Positions 56,134 through 64,000 of a DNA stretch of 64,000 nucleotides are shown here, piece after piece. The position numbers were made by a program, and so were the translations under genes. The notes below the pieces were generated by a model. That model was given only the letters and a program-made list of their open reading frames with translations, was not told the origin of the DNA and did not search any database. The DNA is taken from positions 248,001-312,000 of the forward strand of contig SMSO01000036.1 in assembly GCA_004764695.1 (NCBI GenBank). The letters are read 5' to 3'. The stretch is from Schizochytrium sp. TIO01. Taxonomy: Eukaryota; Protista; Bigyra: Labyrinthulomycetes. Position 1 is the stretch's first letter. Every line of letters begins with the position of its first letter.

Positions 56134-58932
56134 TTAATTTGAACCTTGCACATATCTTGCAATACCTGCCATATCTTTTGCAAGTCCATTAAGTGTTTGT
56201 ACATTTTGTGCATGTGAGCTACGCAGATTGGCGAGATAAGTATCCATCTGCATGAGCCAACCATCTTGATTTTTAGTAATGTTTGACAAAGAGGTTGAGA
56301 TGCTGTTTTTTGTTGTAAGTGATACTGTCGCTTGACGACGGCCCGCATTGCTATTATTGTGAAAGACAGAGGCTCCTCCCACAAATGATGAACTTGAATG
56401 AAGGTTATTGTTTTCTTCTTGAACCTGGAACTGCGCTTCGCGGTGGTCAACTTCTATCTGCGAGTACAAACGTATTTCATTTGGATTGAAAAAACGGGTT
56501 ATTTGTTCGTGAGCTACTTTTGAGCCTAAAACGCTTTGTAACATTTTCTGATCTAGAAAGTGAATCCTTGAATTTTCAACTCTTTGTCTCCAAATCTTCA
56601 GACGCAGGAGCACCATCTCTTTGCTAAGCCACCCCGGCTGTGGTCTCGCACAAAGAATCTCACACAAACGTTGACGTCCCTTCCGCTGTTCATCTGGGTT
56701 TCGATGAAATGCTTTCTGCAATGCACTGCGGACAGAGGTCTCGCGTTGTTTAGGATGAGATTTATGCTCCACCTGGTCACCCACCGAAAATAGTACATCC
56801 AGATCGCGTTGAAGAGCACGAGTTCGCCACGATTCCAATTCAACAGCATATGCAGAGTCTTTTACTCTGTACCATGCATGGTATATCATGGCAAGCAGTA
56901 CTGAAGCAAAAGTCCAGATAAAGATGAAAAAGAATGTAAAGTAGAATACAGGTGTGAACATGCTGGCATATACATTGGCATGTACAAGCATGTAATACGA
57001 TGTATCAATGCGCACAAGGTTAAGGAGTGTTGTCATCATCGACCATGCGATTGTGCGAAACCTTGCGCTTCCCGCTTGATAGAATAAGTACCCAGCTAAA
57101 GAGTAACCAACGTACATGACTGAGAAAATCACCACAAAAAAAAGCAGATCCCATCTCAGAACGTAAAGGGTTTCTGTAAAGAGCTTGAAGCGCCAGAACT
57201 GGAGCATATAGCGCATGAGTTTGAGACAACCCAGGAGAAATAACACCGCGAACACAGTTTGAATTCTTACATAGTCTTTGGCCCATAGCCCAATACTCTC
57301 AGTTATTGGAGGCTGCCCTCCACATGGTCGAAAACGGTAAAGCTTGCTAAATGTTGACGTCAAGGAGGTTGAATTACCGATGCAAACCCAAAAGGGATCC
57401 GACGCTTGAATTTCAAAAAGCGTTGGGTTACTCTCTTTCAGCGGATCAGAAATATAGTATGCATCGACGATCCAGGCAAGTGCAATTCCATAAAGAGCCA
57501 TTGTAATGAGCTCAACGATTACCCAGGGTGAACCATTGCGATACCAGTTCAGATTTCGTAAAAATCGAAGGAAGCATAAAACCATATACACAAAGGATAA
57601 ACTAGCAAAACAGACTTCAGCCAATGCCTCCCCTTGTAAAGTTTGAGAGGATGAGCCCTTTCCTGGCTGAGGAGCGATGTAATAATTAACAAATGTATTG
57701 AACGTACCTTCTGCACCACTTTCTAGAACGCACTCCACATAAGAGTAAAGGTTCGTATTTGCATTATAAAAAGTCATGGACAAAATCACTGCACGGGTAG
57801 CCGTATCTAAAAGCTGGTCCGTACTTTCTGCAGATCGTACTGGACCATTTCGTGTAAGATTAAAGACACCAGTGCGATACACTGCTAGACGATTAGCAGT
57901 TGAGTACCATGAGGATGTAGCCAGAGGTAAGGAAATTGCAAACCCATTGCCAGGATAGGTTGCAATCTCGCCCTTGATTGGTTCAGTCGATAAAACCTCG
58001 CTTTGCTCCCAAAAATATGCATATGTTTCTAAATTTGGATAGTAAGTTTGCGGTAACAGGGTTTCATTGGAGCTTGCGGCCGTGGTTTCGCCTAGCAGCG
58101 TGCTGGAGAAGAAGCCGTATCTCTCTAGGGAAGTTGCCTCAACTTCATTGGAAAAAGGGGGATATCGATTCAGGTTTTGAAATGCAGCTGCCGCACTCCC
58201 AGGCGTAGGAGTGAACGGGACGACTCGGACAGCTCGCAAGCGAGCACCCCCTAATAAAATCATATCCGTTTTGAGGGCAGATTTTGCCTTGTAATTATAG
58301 TTTTGACGAATCTCTTCTGCCAAGGTATCATTACCAAAGTACCAAAACGCCTCTTCTGATGTTTGCGTGATACCATTTTGGATAAATTGTGGGAACATGA
58401 TGCCCTGGCCTACAATCTGGGTGACCCAGTCCCAGTACTCAGTTTCGTCCGAGACTTGACCAAATCGAATACCTTTTAATGTTGAGGCTACTTCGCTATC
58501 CAAAAGTGGGTACCAAAATGGAGGTGGCATTTGAGAAGTAGTGTTAACAGGAAACCCGGTCCAGAATGAACGCCTTTCTATAGCATTTCGCAAATATTCG
58601 AGTGTCTGAAATCTTGCGATCATGTGTCCCTGCAAGATGAAGAATGGCACGATGATTAGGAAAAAGAATAAATGGAACCTTAATTCGCGCACTGCAAAAT
58701 CAATTTTATCTTCCCTCTTGGCACGTTCATGTAAGTCAGTCCATGCAATGAACCGCTTCTGAAAGTTATTGTCCTTGCTCACACTGGGGCTTGCTATTTG
58801 ATTTCTAGGGGCAGCAAAAGCTACCCCACCCCAACCTTCCCTTGTTGCAACATGAGGCAGCGATTGTGATGTGCTTGTTCTAGCATTGTCATCCTCTTGA
58901 TGCCGAGATTCTCGTCTTCGTGGCGACGGCAT
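56134..58932 (-). CDS. Polycystin-2 (TRPP/PKD2)-family cation channel
   Basis: 932 aa. S1 (ELRFHLFFFLII), EYWDWV, LLGGARLRAVRV, YPGNGF and LLDTATRAVILSMTFYNANTNL (TOP/polycystin domain), then five more TM segments and a C-terminal cytosolic tail. Confidence 0.88.
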   Translation of the reverse strand: MPSPRRRESRHQEDDNARTSTSQSLPHVATREGWGGVAFAAPRNQIASPSVSKDNNFQKRFIAWTDLHERAKREDKIDFAVRELRFHLFFFLIIVPFFILQGHMIARFQTLEYLRNAIERRSFWTGFPVNTTSQMPPPFWYPLLDSEVASTLKGIRFGQVSDETEYWDWVTQIVGQGIMFPQFIQNGITQTSEEAFWYFGNDTLAEEIRQNYNYKAKSALKTDMILLGGARLRAVRVVPFTPTPGSAAAAFQNLNRYPPFSNEVEATSLERYGFFSSTLLGETTAASSNETLLPQTYYPNLETYAYFWEQSEVLSTEPIKGEIATYPGNGFAISLPLATSSWYSTANRLAVYRTGVFNLTRNGPVRSAESTDQLLDTATRAVILSMTFYNANTNLYSYVECVLESGAEGTFNTFVNYYIAPQPGKGSSSQTLQGEALAEVCFASLSFVYMVLCFLRFLRNLNWYRNGSPWVIVELITMALYGIALAWIVDAYYISDPLKESNPTLFEIQASDPFWVCIGNSTSLTSTFSKLYRFRPCGGQPPITESIGLWAKDYVRIQTVFAVLFLLGCLKLMRYMLQFWRFKLFTETLYVLRWDLLFFVVIFSVMYVGYSLAGYLFYQAGSARFRTIAWSMMTTLLNLVRIDTSYYMLVHANVYASMFTPVFYFTFFFIFIWTFASVLLAMIYHAWYRVKDSAYAVELESWRTRALQRDLDVLFSVGDQVEHKSHPKQRETSVRSALQKAFHRNPDEQRKGRQRLCEILCARPQPGWLSKEMVLLRLKIWRQRVENSRIHFLDQKMLQSVLGSKVAHEQITRFFNPNEIRLYSQIEVDHREAQFQVQEENNNLHSSSSFVGGASVFHNNSNAGRRQATVSLTTKNSISTSLSNITKNQDGWLMQMDTYLANLRSSHAQNVQTLNGLAKDMAGIARYVQGSN

Positions 58933-59747
58933 GCTTCAACCTTTAGTGAGTTCTTTTAGATAATTCAAGCTACAACGTATCTAGAACAGCATGGACCAAA
59001 CCAGAAGGTGCCAACCCCCCCCAAAAAAACAGGAAGCACCGCGTCGTTTCTGAATCAACAAAATAGACCTCAACAATCGTTCCGCATAAACGCACTGCCA
59101 GATGAGCTCTCTTGTTCCACGTTCATATGTATCAGCTGTCCTCTTCAATATCCTCCTTCCTTCCAGTCGTCGTCGTTGTCTTCTGTTGTCCTCGTCGTCA
59201 AGAGCCTAGTTTGAAGTTGAGCAACCAAGTTTCTTTAACAAAGTTATCCGTACGTATTCCACCCCTCTTAGTTCCGCTTGCGCGAGTCTCCGCAGGTTCC
59301 CTTCGCGTCGGCGGTGCTTCTCCACAAGCGCCTCCACGAGCGAAGCCCTGATCTGATAAATTCGAGTTTTACCCACGAATCGCTCTTGATCTGAGTTTCC
59401 GTACATTTTGTCTATTATAATACTCTACTGTAGTATCCCATGTTCTGCAAGTCAACTAAATGAGTACTACAATCGTTTATTTTATTTTCATTCTATTTAC
59501 ACGATCTAAATAGTCAATGTAGATCGAGTGAAGATAAGAAATTCTAACTTGAAAACATGATGTCCTTTCTACCTAGCACTTCAGTAGAGCAATCCATCAA
59601 TTCAATTAATTGTAAAGAAACAAGTCCTCGATCAAAACCCATCGCCAATCCCTGCTACAGACCCATTGCAAGGCCTGGTTAGACTTAGTGCGCTACCAAG
59701 GTCCGCTAAGTGGCCAGCTACCTTCGTGCCACCTTCTTGCCGCTGCC

Positions 59748-61049
59748 ATGTCTTCAAGCTCCACAGATGAGCTATCATCCGCCCCGACGTCAGTCTCAGT
59801 GCCGCCGTTGACACCGTCGCAGCAAGGTACACCGTCTCGAGCGCCTCGGGTGCGAACAAATGCGACCCGCGTTCGCTATGGCGGTACTCCTATCTCTCAG
59901 CGTCACTATTCTGCTCTTGGTAGATCTGAGAAGAGCGCTGTTATTGTGGATATTGGTGAATCCACGATCCAATGCGGTTTTGCCAAAGAAGTGAAACCAC
60001 GTGTGGAAATCCCCACTCCGGATGTGCTTTCCAAGCTGCTCTCTGGAGGCAAGTACTCTCGAAGCGTAATTTCTGCACAGACTCTTGCATCTGTACCAGA
60101 TGCTGATGAGGACATCGAAAGTTCTGCATTTAGTACCAGAGTTTTAGTTCAGGAGCTTTGGCTTGATGCTCTGCTAGAGCTCTTTCAGGAGGTCTACTTT
60201 GTGCATCTGCAAACCAAACCTCGCGAACGACGTGTTCATTTGGCGGTTCGCCATTATGCTCCGAGCGCAATGTTGTCAGCTGCAGCGGAGGCAGTTTTAG
60301 GTTATTTTCATGCACCGTCAATTTACATCTCATCATGTAGCGGCCTTGCGCTATTTCCAACGGCTCGTCGGACAGGTCTAGTGGTGGATATAGGTGCTTC
60401 TGAGGCTCGATGCGTTGCTATTGTAGACAATGCATGCATTGATCGCTCATTTCGTGCTTGTGGTCTCGAAGGGGCTTCGCTCGAGGCGCTTCTGGAGGAT
60501 AATGGGTGCTCCGATGACTCGATCGCTCAGACAGCGCTAGAGGCGCTTTTGGCGTCCCCAAGGCAAGCGCGCGTGTCCATTATGCAGAATGTCTGTACAT
60601 GCGGCGGTGGCAGTCGTAAAGTTCTTGATATAAATGCTCGATTAGTGGAAAGCATGCAAAAGATAGCTACACAAAATCCTCGTTATGAAGATCTTCGTGA
60701 AGTTGTCCAACAACATGGCGGCACCTCCCATGCGGGACTTCCACCGCACCTAATGGCTTGGATCGGCGCAAGCGTAGCGTCTTCTTTGGATTCCTTTTTT
60801 GCGCGATCAGTGACGCTTCCCATGCTTCGTGAGAAGCCATTTATATTTGATTCAAGTCATCTTGACTGGTCCCCCACACTTCTTCGCAAACCTCAAGGTG
60901 CACTCATTTCAGACTCTGCGAGCACTACAAGCGCAGATGCGGTGAATACTCCAACAGATCATCAAGCAGAAACTAATCTCGAGGATGAAGCCGCGAACAT
61001 TGTTCGATACACAATACCAGCTCCGGAGCGGTCACCATTTGAAACCTAA
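59748..61049 (+). CDS. ACTR10: Actin-related protein 10 (dynactin pointed-end Arp11/ACTR10)
   Basis: AVIVDIGESTIQCGFAKEVKPR, ELFQEVYFVHLQTKPRERRV, TGLVVDIGASEARCV, SIAQTALEALL...NVCTCGG, AWIGASV. First ATG at 59748. Confidence 0.8.
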   Translation: MSSSSTDELSSAPTSVSVPPLTPSQQGTPSRAPRVRTNATRVRYGGTPISQRHYSALGRSEKSAVIVDIGESTIQCGFAKEVKPRVEIPTPDVLSKLLSGGKYSRSVISAQTLASVPDADEDIESSAFSTRVLVQELWLDALLELFQEVYFVHLQTKPRERRVHLAVRHYAPSAMLSAAAEAVLGYFHAPSIYISSCSGLALFPTARRTGLVVDIGASEARCVAIVDNACIDRSFRACGLEGASLEALLEDNGCSDDSIAQTALEALLASPRQARVSIMQNVCTCGGGSRKVLDINARLVESMQKIATQNPRYEDLREVVQQHGGTSHAGLPPHLMAWIGASVASSLDSFFARSVTLPMLREKPFIFDSSHLDWSPTLLRKPQGALISDSASTTSADAVNTPTDHQAETNLEDEAANIVRYTIPAPERSPFET

Positions 61050-61710
61050 TTAATCTGATGATTTCTTATTGGCTGTATAACGTTCAACTTTAAAAGTCGA
61101 TATACACTACAGCTGGATAGCGCACCAACCAAACCTAGTTAGACATTGTTTGTACATTTATTCAAAGATTATTCACGAAAAATTCATCTTGGTTTTGCAC
61201 AAAAGATCTCAAAAGAATTTCGCCAACGCTTTCTTTTCTTCTGGCAGAAGCTATGAGCAAGAATCAACTGCACGTAGTCAGAAGAGGAGGGATGATATTG
61301 GCCTTAAGTTCATAGTTTACAAAATTTACAGATCTCATAAAAAATGCATAGCTCAACAAAGACATGGACTATTGTTTGCACGACAATACACAAGAACGTT
61401 GTCAACGAAAGATTTGCTAGAATAAGCATTGCAACATTATTTTATTATATATAGTATGTTGAATGGCAGGCCTACTTACTTATACACATCAAAGAGGGAA
61501 GAGTGCTGGCAAATGTTGCATGGATATATGGAGAAACAGCTGCTTCCCATGGAGAACGATGAAGAAAAAAGGGGGTAGAAGATACAACCCACGCCAATGG
61601 GCTGATCCATATGGGAAAGTACAAATCAACAGGTTGAATGTGTGAATGAAGAACAAAAGAAAGAAGGGAGGGGGAAATATGTGTGTGGACGGGGGAAGAG
61701 AGAAAAAAAT

Positions 61711-62880
61711 TTACACGACTTGGGCGGCACGGGGAATCTCGGTCGCCTCGACTGCGGACTCGTTATTTCTGTTAGCATTGCTGTTGCTATTGCCGCTTCC
61801 ACTAGCATCGGCATCAGAAGGCTCGATGGGCTGTGCCTCAGGAGGAGACAAAATGATAGCACGCTGTACCAATAGCTTGTGGTATCGGAATGCGATGCTG
61901 AGCATGGCGAGCCAGAGCATAGGGTGCACGATAAGCATGGCGCCAACGATGGAGCGCGTAGTCTCCTCGTCATCCTCCTCTGAGGCACGAGAGCCATACC
62001 TGTGATGTGCCGGTACATGGATAATCTCATGGCGGAAGAGAGCACCGATCCACATGAAGAGGTTAATGAAGTGAACGACAGCAAGGGTAGCAAGCTCACG
62101 TGCGAACTTCCGGCTAATCCGAGGGCTGTCGCGCACCGCTGCCTGAATACCAACAAACGATACAATGATACCAAGCACGTTCTCTAGAGTATCTACAAGC
62201 GTAAGCGGAAGGTCTGACTTAACCTGCCTAAACTCGCCCTGCTGTTCCTGGTATTCATCTGCATCGTCAGGGTGAAGCCAGATAGAGATGGCGGCCATAA
62301 AGGTCATGAAGTAGTAAAACAACATGAGCATGGCCATGACTCGCACGCGATATTTCCAGATGCTGAGTTCGTATTCTTCTTCAAATGTGAAATTTGGCTG
62401 GTGCTCGAATCGGGCGCCGGGCAGTTCTCCTCTTGCAACCAGCATCTCCTGAATGTGCACTGGGATGTGCATTTCATCAAGACCTCCGTCATGTTGCCGA
62501 GAGTGTTGCGAGTCTCCTGCACCCTGGTCCACTTCGCACGCAGCTGCAGGTTTTGGCACAAGATGTACAAAATTTCCATCCTTGACGTTGGAATCTTTAA
62601 GCGTTTTCTCGTCGCTGAGGAGTCTTCCCAGGCAGATCAGTCTTTGTCTTTGGGGCGGCAGGCCGGTCATGCCCTCCAGGACACGCTTCAGGCCAAGCAC
62701 GGTTTCTGACTCTGATATTTTCACATCATGCGTCTTCTCATCCGACGACTTCACCTTCACTGTGATGGCATCTGCTGCGTTGCTGCTCGACGTGACCTCA
62801 TCGGCGGCAACAACTTTGCCCGCTTCGTCCGCATCATCGTCCACATCCACCACCTTCTCGTACGAGACCCGCCTTGACAT
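61711..62880 (-). CDS. Ubiquitin-like domain protein with ~4 transmembrane helices
   Basis: ATG at 62880 (MSRRVSYE). UBL ITVKVKS...TVLGLKRVLEGMTGLPPQRQRLICLGRLLSDEKTLKDSNVKDGNFVHLV without C-terminal GG; four hydrophobic segments downstream. Confidence 0.82.
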   Translation of the reverse strand: MSRRVSYEKVVDVDDDADEAGKVVAADEVTSSSNAADAITVKVKSSDEKTHDVKISESETVLGLKRVLEGMTGLPPQRQRLICLGRLLSDEKTLKDSNVKDGNFVHLVPKPAAACEVDQGAGDSQHSRQHDGGLDEMHIPVHIQEMLVARGELPGARFEHQPNFTFEEEYELSIWKYRVRVMAMLMLFYYFMTFMAAISIWLHPDDADEYQEQQGEFRQVKSDLPLTLVDTLENVLGIIVSFVGIQAAVRDSPRISRKFARELATLAVVHFINLFMWIGALFRHEIIHVPAHHRYGSRASEEDDEETTRSIVGAMLIVHPMLWLAMLSIAFRYHKLLVQRAIILSPPEAQPIEPSDADASGSGNSNSNANRNNESAVEATEIPRAAQVV

Positions 62881-63149
62881 CGCGACGCCCTTCTTCTTCC
62901 CTCTTATCCTCCTCTCGATCCTCTCCGCGCGGGAACCCCTCGAGCTCCAACGCGTGCGACCGCGAGACGCACGTCTAAGGCCCTCGCGTTTCGGTTCTGA
63001 TTCCCTCTCTCTCTCCCACTCTCTCTTTCCTTCCTTCTTTCTCTTCTTCTTGAGCCTTTGCACCTTCTGAGTCGCACTCCTACCCTCTTCCTTAGCACTC
63101 CCTACCCACCCCTACTCTCTAGCACTGCTTACACTACCACTATCAACAT

Positions 63150-63266
63150 CATTCTTTCATTCATTCTTTCATTCTTTCATTCTTTCATTCATTCTTTCAT
63201 TCTTTCATTCATTCTTTCATTCATTCTTTCATTCTTTCATTCATTCATTCATTCTTTCATTCATTC
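63150..63266. repeat. Composite (ATTC/TTTC)n microsatellite
   Basis: Read directly. Confidence 0.93.
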
Positions 63267-64000
63267 GGTAATCAGCACTAGGCACCAATAGCCGCTTCCC
63301 TAGTGCGTAGAAAACTTTCAAAACGCTTTTTAGTTAACTGAGAATTAAAACATAGGCATCATTTTAGGATATCATGCCTAGAGCCTGGGTAGTGCTGTTT
63401 AGGCGACTCCAAAGACCATCATGGACTCCCTGACTTTAAAAGGAAAGAAAAAGGAAACGAAAGAAGGAGGTCTTTGCATATGTACTACTTCAATTAATCG
63501 TTTGTTTTCAACAGTCTTTATCGAGATTGAGGATAGTTATGATAAGTGCCTACTACGTTAGTGCTATTCGGCAAAAGGAGAAGAACACCAATAGTTATGA
63601 TATTTCATTTTAATTAAAACGAACTACTAATTTGAGTTGGAAAGGAACAGAAAGAAAGCGGAAAGCTTTCAGGCTCAAGGACCATCTTCTCAAGAACCTC
63701 CCTTTTGGCCTCTTCGCTCACGCTTCCAACGTGGAGGAGCGCGAGGTTCCAAGGACTTATTTGTGAAGCAGCAATCGAAACACTCACTCCGCTTCTTCAT
63801 TCGCTCACCCGTCCATTCCTTCACTTGTTCGTTGGTGCAGATCCAGTCCGCAATGTCGCGCGAAAGGTCCTTTCTTCGAGTTCTGGTTCATCGAAGACCA
63901 TCCTTCGTTCGGAATTTCTTTTAATGAGCTAAGAATAAAGCATCCACTCTTACTGGCGTGCCTATCAGGTACTAGCGCTACGTCGAGCTACTCCGTTCCG

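Noticed and set aside
63640-64000. Coding-like text at the right edge
   Set aside because: The frames I checked are interrupted by stops and no domain is recognisable; it cannot be resolved at the window boundary.

Overview
This is eukaryotic nuclear DNA with long, apparently intron-free ORFs, moderate GC, poly-A/T tracts and tetranucleotide microsatellites. The gene content (ciliary genes, GRK, PKD2) and style suggest a stramenopile, most likely a thraustochytrid/labyrinthulomycete; this is inference only. Fifteen protein genes are supported: a partial low-complexity protein, FHIP/FAM160, an RGS-kinase (GRK-like), PDCD4, CFAP53-like, a TIL-domain membrane protein, two paralogous ~950-1010 aa polysaccharide-deacetylase-like proteins, RFC5, a CBS-domain protein, a myristoylated multi-EF-hand protein, a small unknown protein, a PKD2-type channel, ARP10 and a UBL-TM protein. 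The main candidate system is the head-to-head pair of bacterial-looking NodB/CE4-superfamily deacetylases. One is secreted with a Pro/Thr tail and the other is type II membrane-anchored. They flank a 13 kb gene-free interval that holds a ~160 nt highly structured RNA-like element with partial HDV-ribozyme-like order, repeated GCACGTGC boxes and decayed coding relics. Also notable are a 416 bp structured insert flanked by a perfect 15 bp direct repeat, an ARP10 apparently lacking actin subdomain 4, and a PKD2 with a non-canonical pore. No rRNA, tRNA or CRISPR array was seen.
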